Shown piece after piece: positions 25,000-39,731 of a stretch of 64,000 bases of DNA (its first letter is position 1; the number at the start of each line of letters is the position of its first letter). The translations under genes were made by a program, and so were the position numbers. The DNA is from Piromyces finnis finn (taxonomy: Eukaryota; Fungi; Neocallimastigomycota): NCBI GenBank assembly GCA_002104945.1, contig MCFH01000043.1, positions 62,001 through 126,000 of the forward strand, read 5' to 3'. The notes under the pieces are model-generated. The model ran no database searches. It was not told the DNA's origin and saw only the letters and a program-made list of their open reading frames with translations.

Positions 25000-25805
25000 A
25001 TTATGCTATTATAATTGTAAAAAAAACTAAATGTAACAAAAAAAAAAAAACTTATGAAAACGAAAAAAAAGGATAGATAGTTTAATTAAATATTATTTCA
25101 AAACTTTATATTTATCTATTTTAATCTAATTTATTTAATAAATTAACAAATTTCTTTAAGATTAATTAATTAGATTTCTACTTCTATTATATTATTTTTT
25201 ATTAATTTTTTTTTTAAAAAAAAATAGGGTAATATTTTTAATTTTATATATATATTTTTTTTTTTTTAAAATTAATTTAATTTTTAATAGGAATATAATA
25301 AATATAAATATAATGTATTTTTTAAAATATATATTATATAATATTATTTAATATAATTTTATTACTTTCAATTGTATCAAAATTTTATTTTATTTTTTTT
25401 TTTTTTTTTATAAATATTAAGAAATGTTTTTTTAAAATAATAATATGTAATAAAATGTAAAAGATATAACCAATAATATAAATATATAAAATATCATATA
25501 CAAAAAAATTTATTGGCTTATTTTAGTATTCACAAGTACATTATTGTAGAAGAAAGAAATCTGAATTTTAACCAATCATATATAATATTTTTCAATAATA
25601 TATAATTTTTAAAATTTAAAAAAAAATAATTAAATTTTAAAATTAGTGATGTATATGAATTAATATAATTACAAAATACTATATATTTTTTTATAATTTC
25701 TTTTACAATTTAAATAACAGTAAAAAAAATATATATAATAATATATATAAAGTTTCATTTTAATTAAATATATTAAAATTAAATACAAAAGTATTATTTC
25801 GTAAA

Positions 25806-28403
25806 ATGGAAAATATTATGATTGATTCAGCAAATGCTGACCTTAAAAAAAGAAAAGTCAGCAACAAGGAAAATGAAAGATTAATGGAGAAAGAAGCTAT
25901 GGATGCTTTTGTTGAAGAAGAAACAGGAAAAATTTCAAAAGATAAAAAAGAAATGGAACTTGAAACCATGATTTTTGGTGGTGATGATGACCGTGTTAAA
26001 AATACTTTAGATTTTATTGGTCACGAATTCAGTGATGATGAAGCCGAAAAGTTTGCTAAAATATATGAATTTAGTGATGATGAAAAGGAAGAAATTTTTG
26101 GAGATGATGTAATATTATAATTATTAATGTGTATTATTTAAAATTATGTTATAATTTTTCAACTTTAAAAATAAATTCTCGAATTTAAGAAATTTCAATA
26201 AACAAATTTTCTGACATTAATAAAAACTTTATTTATCCATTTTATATTATATCGAAAAATAATAGGATATTATCATTGATACAACAAAAAATACAACACT
26301 TGATTTAGATGGTAATATAACAACATTGTTATTTTATTACTATAATTTTATAAAACATTTCAAGGAAAAATTCAATTAAGCATATATTTTATAATTAATA
26401 ATATATATTTTTTAAAAGATTCTGAAGAAGAAAAAGATGAAGATAAAATGGAAATTGAAAATGAAAATGAAAAAATTGAAATGACTCCAGCATGGTATGA
26501 TGAAGATGATGAAACTCTTGAAATTAATTTAACTTCAGTTAATCGTACTAAGAAATTACGTGAAACAGAACAAGAAATTACTTTAAGTGGTGCTGAATAT
26601 GAAAAACGTTTAAGAAAACAGTAATATTTTATTAATTTATAAATTAATGAAAACTCAACTTAATATAAAGAAAAAAAATAATTTATAAAACATATTTTAT
26701 TAATGATTATTCTATATATTATTCAAATATTATATCAATTTAAATAAAACTAAACCCAACAAAATTTACTTAACTAAATTTTGATAAAATTAATAACATT
26801 GTCATAATAACCAACAAATAGATTCGAAAAAGTTTATAGAAGACCAATTTGGGCTTATACTAAAGCTGAAGCTCAAAATCTTGGTATTGAGAGAGATGAA
26901 CAATTTTCATTCTTTAAAGCATCTCAAGACATTGTTAATGACAGTTTTACTACAAGAACATTATCTTCAAACAAGATTGATATTCTCCGTGTTCATGATG
27001 CTAATCAAGAAGAATACTCTAATGTTAGTATTCATATTTTAAATGTTAATTTAACTTTATAATTTTTCAAATCTAGTTTATCATTAACTAGATAAGAGAA
27101 AAACAAAATTAAAATTTATTTGATATTTTTGTATTATTTATTAATTTATTATATAATTATAAAATTAGGCTGTTATTCAAAATGTTTCATTCCATCCAAA
27201 TGGTCAAGTATTAATGACATCTGGTTTTGATAAGACTTTGAGATTATTCCAAGTAAATATTATTAATGATAATATGATATAATATAAATATTTATATAAA
27301 TAAGAAATATTTATTTTTATTATTTTTATTATTATTATAGGTTGATGGTAAAATAAATAAGAAAATCCAAAGTGTACATTTCCAAGATATGCCAATATAT
27401 AATGCTAATTTCTTCCCAGATGGTCAAGAAGTTATTATAACAGGTAGAAGACGTTTCTTCTATATATATGATTTAAATGGTGGTGAAATTACAAAAATAC
27501 AAGGTATTAAAGGACACGATGATAAAAGTTATGAAAGATGTAAGGTATCTCCATGTAATAATTATATAGCATTCCTTGGAGCCAATGGTTATATAATTTT
27601 AGTATCAAGAAAAACAAAACAATGGATTGCTGATCTTAAGGTTAATAAGACAGTAAAAGATCTTGATTTCTCAAAAGATGGAAAATATATATATGCTATT
27701 GGAGGTAAATATTTGCAAATTTAAAAATTATTAGATTTTTCTTTATATTCGTATGAACATGTGTAAACCATTTACAATTATAAAAATAATTTTTTAATAA
27801 TTTATATTATATTTAAATTAAATTCTAGTTGATGGAGAAGTATATCAATGGGATGTAGGATCAAGAACATGTATTCACAGATTCTCTGATGAAGGTGCTG
27901 TTAAATCTACTACTATCTGTGTATCAAGAAATGGAGAATACTTTGCTACAGGGTAAATATATAAAATAAAAAAATAAAATTTCTAATTTTTATATTTTAT
28001 TAATGAAATATTAATTTCCTATTATTTTTAAAAAATGAAAAAAATATAAAACTATTTGTAAAATAGTTCAAATACTGGTGTTGTTAATATATATAATAAT
28101 GAATGTTTAACAGAAACAAGACCAATTCCACAAAAATCAATATTAAACCTTACCACTTCAATTCATAATATGAAATTCAATTCAGATTCCCAATTATTAG
28201 CTATTTCAAGTCACTCAAAGAAAGATCAATTTAAATTAATTCATTTACCATCAATGCGTGTATTCCCTAACTGGCCAACCTCTACTACACCATTAAGTTA
28301 TGTTAGTTCCTTTGACTTTTCACCTAATAGTGGTTACTTAGCCATTGGTAATGATAAGGGAAAAGTACTTTTATATCGTCTTGGCAGTTATCCAAGAGCA
28401 TAA
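25806..28403 (+). CDS. UTP18: U3 snoRNA-associated protein 18 (WD40), multi-exon
   Basis: Spliced motifs PAWYDEDDE, YEKRLRKQFEKV..PIWA, FHPNGQVLMTSGFDKTLRLFQVDG, HLPSMRVFPNWPT, DFSPNSGYLAIGNDKGKVLLYRL. Confidence 0.9.
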
Positions 28404-28575
28404 GTTTTAAGAATTTAAATAGAATATTAATGATTTCTTAAATGGAAATATAAAAAAAAAAAAAATTTTCAATAAACCAATTTATTATACTTTTTTTTTT
28501 TATTTTATTTTAATTAATTTATTAATTATGAATTTAGAACATTAAATTTAATATTATTTTAAAGATTTTATTCTC

Positions 28576-28618
<43 letters not shown>

Positions 28619-29028
28619 TTATTTAAAAATAAATAAGAAAATTAATAATAATAATAAAATAAATAAGCAATAATAAAAAAGTAAACATAGAAAAAATATA
28701 ATAAAGTTATAACCAACAATTAAACTATAATTTATATGTTTTTTAGTTTTATTAATTATGTTTGAAAAATTTTATGAATAATAATAAATATTCAATTTTT
28801 CATTTTAAATAGTATAAAGGTATAAATGTAATGTAATGTTATATATTTATTTATAAGATGATTTAATTTTATTATTTTATTTATATACTATTATTTATAT
28901 ATTACTATTATAATTAAAAAGTTCGATGAATTTTAATTATTCAGTTTATATATTTTTTTTAAAAATATTTATATAACATTAATATTTGTTTTTTATTTTA
29001 TAATATATAAGTGATAGTTACAATAAGA

Positions 29029-29179
<151 letters not shown>

Positions 29180-29283
29180 TCTCAAAATAAATTTTGAAAA
29201 TTATTATCATTACTATTTCTTTGTAGTTTGGTAATTTGTTATATAAGTTTTTTTTTTTTTTTTATTATAATGATTTTTGACAT

Positions 29284-30519
29284 TTATACAAATTTAAAAT
29301 ATAAATTTCCTTTTTTAATAATGTAAATATCAGCTGTTTTAAATTTATTTTTTCTTAGTACAGATATTGTTGGAATGATAAAAGTTCCATTTTTCTCAAT
29401 CCGATTATCAATACTATCCATATAAAATCCAGTAATATACAAAATAATTTCTATATCTCTATCTGAAGTCCCGGTATACTCAATTGCAAAAAGAAGGACA
29501 TCAAAATCATCAGTGTTTAAGTCCTTAATTTTAATTTTATTTTTTTTGAGGTAATGAATAAGTTGTTCTTTGCTTCCTTCGGTAATAAGAGATTTAACAT
29601 TTTCTCTCACAATATCAATATTTTGAATGACATGTTCATTAACTATTTTCTTACTCATATCAAAATTTAATTGTTTAGATTGAAGTTTCTTCACAAAATC
29701 ATATTTTCTATTTATGTGATATTTATTATCATAGTTATTAAACAAACCGAACACCTTTGACTCTTTTTCATTTTCGTTATTGATAATTTTACCTTGATTT
29801 ATTATCTCTTCGCTATCTACGTAATTATGGTCATTTTTGAGAAAGACACCAATATTATTATATTTTTCTTTTTCTATAGCTTTCATATACCAACTATTTT
29901 CTATGAATATACGACTAAATTGTTCCTCGATCATATTATTCAATTCATTATTAGATATGGGTATATTTTGTTTAGAACAACGAATTAAATTTATAATAAA
30001 ACAATTATCATACAACGTATATCTAAAAATGATATTAATAAATTCAAGGCTTAAACCATTGATAATATAAGAATCAATGTTGTATATATCAAAACCATTA
30101 TTTAATATATATTTTAAGTTTTCTTTATTTAACAGTCCGTTAGAATCTAAATAATATAAGATATTTATATGATCCATTTCATAATTAATATCTGCACCAT
30201 GTTCAATCAAAGTATCTGCGATATCAAATTTATTGCTTTTTATAGCTGAAAATAATGGCGTTTTTCTTCCCATTAATTTAAAATCGTAGGTATAGTCAAG
30301 ATTACCATACTCTCTTAATATAATTTTAATCATTGCATGAGAAGCATTATTTTCAATTAAAAAAATTAACATATCTATATCTTTTAAAGAAACAAGTTCC
30401 GTTAATGTTGTATTATTATTAATTAGAAACTTTTTCAGTTTCTTTTTATTATCATTAATTATTAGATACAAAGCATAATTTCTTTTTTCTTCTAATGTTT
30501 TAAAATTGTTATTATTCAT
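29284..30519 (-). CDS. Ankyrin-repeat-family protein, intronless, possibly 3'-truncated
   Basis: TPLFSAIKSNKFDIADTLIEHGADIN motif. The ORF stops mid-repeat (KFKTADIYIIKKG). Clearly similar to 31992-33602. Confidence 0.8.
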   Translation of the reverse strand: MNNNNFKTLEEKRNYALYLIINDNKKKLKKFLINNNTTLTELVSLKDIDMLIFLIENNASHAMIKIILREYGNLDYTYDFKLMGRKTPLFSAIKSNKFDIADTLIEHGADINYEMDHINILYYLDSNGLLNKENLKYILNNGFDIYNIDSYIINGLSLEFINIIFRYTLYDNCFIINLIRCSKQNIPISNNELNNMIEEQFSRIFIENSWYMKAIEKEKYNNIGVFLKNDHNYVDSEEIINQGKIINNENEKESKVFGLFNNYDNKYHINRKYDFVKKLQSKQLNFDMSKKIVNEHVIQNIDIVRENVKSLITEGSKEQLIHYLKKNKIKIKDLNTDDFDVLLFAIEYTGTSDRDIEIILYITGFYMDSIDNRIEKNGTFIIPTISVLRKNKFKTADIYIIKKGNLYFKFV

Positions 30520-31776
30520 GAGTAATTATTGAAATTTGTTTTTAATTTCACTTTTTATTTTTATTATTAAATATATAAAATTATTATGATATTCAATAAA
30601 ACTCTTAATTTTTTCTTTATTCTATATTATTGTTTTTTAAAGGAATTAATGATTATCCTTAAATCTTTTTAAGAAATTTTAAAAGTTTTATTTTTTTTAA
30701 AAAAAAATAATTTTTTTGTTTTTGTTTTTGTGTTTTTGTTGATGTTTTCTATAAATAAATAATTTTTTTTTTTTTGGTTAGTAATTTAATATATTTGAAT
30801 ATATATTTTTATATAAATATTTATTAAATTAAAATTAATTATTTTTTTATTAAATATACTCGATTTTCAAAAAAAGTTAACTTTTCATTTTCTATTTACA
30901 CCTAATTAATAAATTTTAGGATTTGATGTAATCAATTTTGGTGTAACATTTTACTAATTCACATGATAACAATTTTCACTTGGAAAACTCTTAAAAGCTA
31001 AAATATCTTTTTAATTGCTTTTGTCCTCCCCCATTCTTATTAAATTAATCAACCATAAAAAATATAAAAATTAAAATAATTACTATGTAATTGAATAATT
31101 GAATAAAATCACTTTATTTGTTGGCATATTCTAATTTTGATTTCCTATTATATATAATTAGAAAATACTAAAAAAAAAAAAAAGTTATTTTGTAATTAAA
31201 ATTTTGGGTTAATAATATACCGCTAGACACAAAAAAATTGTAATAAAAAAAATAAATAATATGTATTTATCAATTATCTTTATCATGTTATTATAATATT
31301 AAAACAATAGTAAGCTTATAAATTTTGTATTTCTATTGTGCTGTTATTTGTACACAATGAGTTGATATTTTATATTATTAATACTTTAAGAGTTCATTAA
31401 TATTAATACATTATAGTTTAAAGTTTTCCAATCCACATTACTAAATGTTATATTACTTTATTTTTATCTTAATTGAAAATAACAAAAGTCTAAATCCATT
31501 TCATTTTTATACTAATTTTCTTCATCTAAAATAGAACTACTTAAACCTACCTCTTTCTTTCCCACTTAACACAAATTAATTTTTTAAATTTAAATAAATT
31601 AAATTAATTAATCACAACATACAAATCACAAAACCCAAAATAATAATAAAAATGAATTAGTATTAGAATCTTCCCCTAAATGTTTTTTTTTTTTTTTTTT
31701 TATAATAAAAATAAATAAATAAAAATAATAATGAAAAAATAAAACACTATCTTAATATGCATTTTAGCACAATTTA

Positions 31777-31860
<84 letters not shown>
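31777..31860. repeat. (AAT)n microsatellite
   Basis: Pure AAT run. Confidence 0.95.
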
Positions 31861-31866
<6 letters not shown>

Positions 31867-31991
31867 AAAAAAATAAAAAAAAAAAAATAACATTTAAAAC
31901 AAAACAAATTAAAATAATTAAATAACAATTCCAATATAATTTATATAAATATATTCATAATAAATATATCATGTTAAAGAAATAAATAATA

Positions 31992-33602
31992 ATGAATAAA
32001 CGAACTCTTACATTTGAATTTTATAAATTATTGCAAAATAATGATATCACTGGAATGAAAAAGATTTTAAAACAAAATAAATTGACTATATTAGATTTCA
32101 GAAATTATACTAAAAATATAGTACCGGATGTATTGATGACAGCAGTAGAACAAAATTGTTCCATTGAAATGATTGAGTATATCATAGAAGAAGGAATGTA
32201 TTTAGATTTAGATTATGAGGTTGATTTTGAAGAAAAAGGATATAAAAGTCCATTATTTACAGCTATTAAAAATGAATTTTTTAATATTGCTGATGTGTTA
32301 ATTGACCATGGAGCTGACATTAATGGTGAGATTCAATATACAGATATTATTACCTATTTAAATTGTTTAGGAGTCCTGAATAACAATATTTTAAAGTACA
32401 TTTTAAATCATGGGTATGATGTCGATTCACTAGATGCTTTTTCCATTAATACACTTAAAGTTAAACATGTTCAAATTATTTTTGACTTGATAGGTAATAC
32501 AAAAATAGATATTAGAAATGATTGGTATATGGAAGCTATAGATAAAAAAAATTATGAAATGTTGGCTATATTGATTAAAAATAATCCAAAGGGAAAGGAA
32601 GAAGGATTCTTAATAGCCGTTTCACTACTTAAAAGTTATGACCTTAAAAATCACACCTCCAGAAAAAACACATTTCTAAATAAATTAAAAAATCAATCTT
32701 TACCACTAATAATACCACCAACTTTATTGGAAAAAGTAATGATACCAGATATAAAAGGAAAACGTGAAAATATTAAAGAATTAATAAAAAATAATGAAAT
32801 GAAAAAATTTGAAGCATATGTCATTCAAAATAAGATTCCTTTAACAGAATTTAATACCGAAAAATTTGATATCCTTATCTTTTCGATTGAACATAATATT
32901 TCATTAAAATGGATCAAATTTATAGTAAAATTAGGTCCTTACTATAATTTCAATTATAACATTAAAATCATAAATAAACCAAGTTATGGCACACCAACTT
33001 CACTTGACACTGACTATTATAAATCACCCCTTACAGTAGCTATTGATCATCAACGATTCGATATTGCTGATTATCTTCAAGAAAACGGGGCAAAACTCTT
33101 TACCGATTGGGTGATACGAAGCCGTTCCCAGAAATACAAAACCCATATTGATATACTAGAATATTTGTATCGTAATAAAAATTTAAATGATAATACCCTT
33201 AGCTATCTCTATTCCGAACAAAGTCATACCAATAACATATATTCTTTAAAAATTAATGCTGTTGAAGAAGCTATTAGATTAGATGAAACTGATATGGCAA
33301 AAGCTGTCATAGAAACATTCCATTTACCAATAAAAAAAAATTGGTATTGTATTGCATTAAAAAGTGGTAATTCAACCATGATGGAATATATGTTGGAAAA
33401 TGATCCACGAGACATAGATCAAGTCATTTCACAATTAAACGAAATTATCTATAATGAAAATCTTAATAAAGAAGCCTTTATTAAAGCCACTGAAATAAAA
33501 AATAAAGATATAGCTACGGTATTACGTAGAATATATGCAGCAAAGAATTTTAATTATGTCGTTAATAATATTAGTGAAAAATTGATTAATCTTAATATAT
33601 AA
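31992..33602 (+). CDS. Ankyrin-repeat-family protein, intronless
   Basis: SPLFTAIKNEFFNIADVLIDHGADIN and SPLTVAIDHQRFDIADYLQENGA. Confidence 0.85.
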   Translation: MNKRTLTFEFYKLLQNNDITGMKKILKQNKLTILDFRNYTKNIVPDVLMTAVEQNCSIEMIEYIIEEGMYLDLDYEVDFEEKGYKSPLFTAIKNEFFNIADVLIDHGADINGEIQYTDIITYLNCLGVLNNNILKYILNHGYDVDSLDAFSINTLKVKHVQIIFDLIGNTKIDIRNDWYMEAIDKKNYEMLAILIKNNPKGKEEGFLIAVSLLKSYDLKNHTSRKNTFLNKLKNQSLPLIIPPTLLEKVMIPDIKGKRENIKELIKNNEMKKFEAYVIQNKIPLTEFNTEKFDILIFSIEHNISLKWIKFIVKLGPYYNFNYNIKIINKPSYGTPTSLDTDYYKSPLTVAIDHQRFDIADYLQENGAKLFTDWVIRSRSQKYKTHIDILEYLYRNKNLNDNTLSYLYSEQSHTNNIYSLKINAVEEAIRLDETDMAKAVIETFHLPIKKNWYCIALKSGNSTMMEYMLENDPRDIDQVISQLNEIIYNENLNKEAFIKATEIKNKDIATVLRRIYAAKNFNYVVNNISEKLINLNI

Positions 33603-34785
33603 TAAAATTTTGTGTTCTATTAGAAGGGGAAAATGGAAGAAAGCAAAAAGGTATAAATTATAGAAACTAATTTTTACAGAAATAAATAGTTTATTCAAGA
33701 TATATAATCGTATTTTTATCAATGATATATGTTTAACATTAATACTATCAGATGATCAGATTAATAATAATAAAAATTTAAAAAAAAATAAAAAAGTGTA
33801 AAATAGAAAATAATAGAAGCAATATAACTCATCATTATTATTTATATAGTATCTTTTTAAAAAAAAAAAAAAAAGAAAAGAAAAAGAAATATATAAATAT
33901 AAATGCACTATAAAATGGCAAAAATAATAATATATTAAATATTACATTAAAAATATCTTAAACATTTGTATTTAAAATATTTACATATAAAAAAAAAAAA
34001 AACTAAATAAAATCAAAAAACTTTAATTTCACCAATTTTTATCATCTTTTACTTTTTTTTTTTTTTTTTTATAATGTAATAATAGTTATATAACAATTTT
34101 TTCTAATAATAATGATATTTAAGAAATTATTATTAAGAAAAATGAGAAGCTTATTTTTTTTTTAGTTTTTTAAAAAACAGAGTAAATATTATTTCATTTA
34201 TATTCCTTTTCAAAAAAAAAAAAAAAAATTATTTATATCTCTATTCAAATATAATAAAATTTTTATATTAATATTATTTTTAAAGTTTATAAAGTAATAA
34301 TAATTAATAAAAATTAAAGTTTATTTTTTTTAATAGGAAAAAAGATTATACAAATTATTTTTTGTTTCTAAAATTTATTAATATTTAGATGAACATTTAA
34401 AATAATAACAGTAGTAGCATTACCTATTTATTCTAATTTAATAATATCTTTATAAAAAAAAATTGGAAAAAATATTAGTATATGAAGGAAATGTAAGAAA
34501 ATAGACTGATTTATAAACTTTTATTAATATAAAGATGATATATAAAAAAAACAAGATAATTTGATATATTAATCAACTGTAATTTTATTTTCTTTTTTTT
34601 TTTTTTTTTTTTACTCTTTATTATTTTTTATATATTTTATGATGGATTGAATCAATATTTATATTATATAGATTATACATTATTTATTTTCAATAATTAT
34701 CATTTTTATTAATTCATTATATTCAACATAGGGATAAAACATTTTCATCATCATTATATTACATTATTAAAAAAAAAATTAAACT

Positions 34786-37677
34786 ATGGGTAATAAATAT
34801 TCAAGAGAAATTGGAAAATTTAAAAAGGATAAGGTAGTAGACCTTTCTAAAATGGGTTATAAAAACCTTCCTAAAGAAATTAAAAAGTTAGAAAAAAATT
34901 GTGAGGAACTTAAAATTTGTGGAAATGAAATGCAAAATATTCATGAAAATATTAAATATTTAAAAAAATTGAAAAAATTGGATTATTCCAATAATAATAT
35001 GAACTATTGGTGTCCATACTTTCCATTATCATTAGAAGAGATTTATGCAAGTAAGTTTTTCCTTTCTTTTCTTTTGATAATAATTGAATAATAATTAAAA
35101 GATATGTACATTAAACTAATAAAATAAATAATAATAATATATATTAACATAAATTTTTCTAATAATACATATTACAAACATTCTATCTATCATAAAACAT
35201 ATCAATTTATTTATATCAATAACTTAATTCCTAAATTATAATATTTAAATAATGATTTTACAAATATAAAAAAATGTTATAACAAATTAATATTCCTTTC
35301 ACAATTAATTCTATAAAATTGTTTTACAAAAATTATATAATGCTTGTTAGATCATAATCGTTTATTCTATTCTCCTATTTCAGATGCTATTTGCGATTTA
35401 GATTCTTTAAGAGTCTTGGATTTAGGATTTAATCAATTAGAGTATAAAAAAATTTTTTTTCTATAATTATCTATTTTAATCTCGATAAATATAAATACAT
35501 AATAAATACAAAAGAAAAATTCATATTAAAATGTATAAATTCACTGTTATTAATATTAAAATTTATATAAATAGAACCATTCCAGAAGGTCTAAATAAGC
35601 TTTCAAATTTAAGAACATTAATTTTACAAAATAATGACTTACAAGTATGAATCTATACTATTTAGTGTCTATTTAGGACATATATTATTATTTACTAATT
35701 ATAATGTTACTTTTTTTATATATAATAATAATAAAAAAAAAAAGGAAATTCCAGAATGTGTTTTTACCATGTCAAATCTTGAAGTATTAAGAATTGATAA
35801 TAATAAAATTAAAAGCATTGGACAAGAATTGGCTTGGCTTAAAAATCTTGTGGTATTATTATATATAATTTATTAATAATATATCAATGATATATATTTA
35901 AGAATCCAAATTAATAAATTTATAAATTTTATTATATACATTGATAATTCCATTTCATTTGATGATAAAATATTATTATTAATAAAAAATTAAAAAAAAA
36001 AAGGAATTAAATATTTCAAATAATTTACTAAATAAATTACCAGATAATATTGGTTTATTAGATAAATTGAAAAAATTAATTATTTCCAATAATTATTTAT
36101 ATGAACTCCCAAATACAAGTAAAATAATATTATTTTAAAAATATTATCTAAAAGAATGATTAATTAATTTTTTTTTTTTAAATTTTTGATTTTTGTATCC
36201 TTCATATCAATACATATTTATATAATATACTTTATCAAAAAAAAAAAAAAAAAAAAAAAGTTGGTGATATTAATGAATTAGAAGATTTACAAATTTCATA
36301 TAATCTACAAATTTCAGAAATGCCAATTACTAGTCGTAAACTTCTTAAAATAAAGCGTTTCCATTTTTGTAATACAAAATTTGAAGAAGTCCCTTCTATA
36401 ATTGAGAATTGGACAGACCTTTTAGAACTTTTCTTATACGATAATTCTCAAATTGAAGCTCTACCAAGTAATTTGAAAAAAATTCAATATTTATTCTTTA
36501 ACACATGATTTTATAAATTTCCTTTTTTTTTTTATAATATAATAATTATATTATATACTTTTCTTGTTTTTTATCAAAGGTTTTATCGGTAATTTAACTA
36601 GATTAAGAAGAATTGAAGCTAATAACTGTTCTATTACTTCTTTACCAGATGAAATTGGAAATTTAGAAAGTTTAGTCATTTTAAATTTAAATCATAATGA
36701 TCTCTCATCATTTTCTATTCCTACCACTATTCAAAATTTACATAATTTAACTAGATTATATTTAAAGTAAGAAAATGCATTTTATATAATTTATTAAATA
36801 GTAATAATTTTTTTATTCATTATTTTTTTAACTTTAATTTCAAAAAGCAATAACAAAATTGAGGTTATACCTGAAGAAATTTGTCAAATGACAAATCTTA
36901 TTGATTTAGATATTGGTAGTAATAATATTTATTCTTTACCAGATGATATCGGTAATTTAATTTCATTAGAAAAATTGGTAGCTAATAATAATAAAATTGA
37001 AGTCTTACCAGAATCAATAGGGTAAAATAGATAAGCATTAAATAATTAATTATTTAATTCCAAAATATTAATTATACTTCTTTAATTATTTACAGAAAAC
37101 TATGCAATTTAAAAAATCTAGAATTACAAAAGAATTCACTTAATAATTTACCAAAAGAACTTTGTCAACTACTTAACTTGGCTAAATTAGATATTAGTTA
37201 TAATAAATTAATGGATTTACCTGATGATATTTATATGTTACAAAATTTAACCGTATTGTACCACCACTTTTTCTTTTTCTTTTTTTTTTTATATCACTAA
37301 ATATATATATATTTAGTAATGCAATAATATATCTATATCTTTTGAATTCTATATATTATCTTTTTTTTTTCTAACTATCGCTGTTATTTCTATTTATATT
37401 ATTATTTTTTAAATAATTACAGATTTTAAACACAAAAGATAATGTATGGAAACCAGATGTTCAACCAATTATTACTAAAGGTATTCAAAGTATAATGGAC
37501 CATTACAGACAACAAGCCTCCAAGAAAGGAAAGGTAAAACCATATATAATAATAAAAATATTAAAATTCATACTATATTTTTCTTTTTAAAAGAATACAT
37601 ATTTATATATTTTATTAATATAATTAATTTAAAAAAAAATATGTTTTTATTTTGAACAATAGAAAGTCAAAAACTAG
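34786..37677 (+). CDS. Leucine-rich-repeat protein (multi-exon) with an N-terminal MG (possible myristoylation)
   Basis: Repeated LxxLxLxxNxLxxLP units across short GT-AG exons, for example LESLVILNLNHNDLS and LKNLELQKNSLNNLPKEL. Last exon 37663-37677. Confidence 0.85.
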
Positions 37678-38612
37678 AATCTGATAAAGCCAAATTCGAT
37701 ACATTATCATTAATCAATTTTTATCCGAATTCAACATATTTTCTGAATTAAGCTGAAATAAATTTTATATATTTTATTTTTAAAAAATTAGTAAAAATAA
37801 TATTATACAACGTTTTTCGTTTTTTAATGATTTATATATATATATATATAATTATAAAATATAAAGTAGTTTCTTTTAATATCTCTAATATATAATAAAA
37901 TTTTATCCTAAGAACTTTAAAAGATATATAAAATTGTATATTATTTTCATGATATAGATATCAAAAATCATTAAATAATACAATAATATTTATATTTATT
38001 CATTTTTGCTAGTTCTTTCTTTTTTATACTTTAATTTTATTTAAATATATCATATATTATTTCATATATACTAATTTAGAAATTTTACCACCAAAATATT
38101 TCTTTATTTACAATATTTTTAAATATTAATACAATAAAAATATCCAGAAGTTGTTATTTAAAGCAATTAACCAAAAATTATTATGACCTGCTGGCACCAC
38201 TCCTAAATATTGTTAATAATAATAAAATAATTTTTTATATATACTTTAAATAGACATTTTTTAACAAAAAGCTATTAATTGCATTTTCAGAAAGTTCTAC
38301 AATTAATTCTATTAATTTAACACTCCAAAAATTAACTTTTTTTATTTTTTATAGCATATGACCATTCATAACACCTAAGCATTTACCATCAACTGATAAT
38401 AATATAATTTTTTATTTTATATATAACTCATATTTAGAGTTTAAAAACGTCTTTTTCATAGTTTATATATATACATTCATCCTTATACTTTCTATTAAAT
38501 ATAAATGAATAAATTAATAACGTTGGTTTAATTATTATTATTATTATTATTATTATTATGTTTATTATGTTTATTATGTTTATTATGTTTATTATTATTA
38601 TTCTAATTATTA

Positions 38613-38672
<60 letters not shown>

Positions 38673-39731
38673 AATTACACTTTTTTTTTTACTTTTAAAG
38701 GCTTTGACTATTATTTAATATTATTAATTAAAAATAATAGCTTTTAAATATATTATAAATATATTACTTTTTCATATTACAAATTATTTTCTTTATAATT
38801 GTTAATATATAAAAATTTTGGGTAAATTTATTCATAATATATGTTTAAGTAATATTAACTATTATATATATAATTTATTTTTTATTAATATAGTTCATAT
38901 GTTTTTCTCATATTCAAATAAAATTATATTATATTTCATTTTAATTAAAATAGTATCATAATAAATATATTGCAATTAATTGATAATTAATGATATATTT
39001 CCATTTATAATTTTGTTTTATTTTTTAGTTTTTAATAATAAATAAAGTTTATATTTTACATTTATCAATTGACATCAATAACAAAAAAGAAAGGGATGAA
39101 AATTTTGTAATGGTGGCCATTATAATAATATGTAATGATAATGAAAATAGTAATAAGTTCTATCAAAAATATCTTTTTTCTTGTATGAGTGCAGTAATAA
39201 TTATAATTGAAAAGGTCAATAATAGTATCAAAAATAAATAGCAATAAATATATAAATAATATATAAAATAATATGCAAATATTTTTTGAAATTATCATAA
39301 TTATATATCATTATTAAAATTATTTAAAATATATAGAAATATATTAATTATAATTTATTATAATTTAAAAAATATCTTTAAGAAAATACATTTTCATAAT
39401 ATAATTAAATATTTAATTAAAATTATATTAAAATTTTATTATATTAATTATAAAAAGATAAATAAAAAAAAATTTAAAAAAGCTCAGTTTTATTTTTATT
39501 TTTCAAAAATATTGAAATTTACAGTTTGGAAGTAACTAAGTAATATTTTCTTTATTAAATAAAAAAAGGTAAAAAAGAAAGAGAAATAATAATAAATATA
39601 TCATATATTTCAATAATAAATAATTAAAATAATAATACTTCTTTTTTTTTTTAATATTTCCTTTTTATTTTTTTATTTATACCTTTAAACAAAGACAAAA
39701 TTGGTTTTAATTATATTTAAAATAAAATAAA

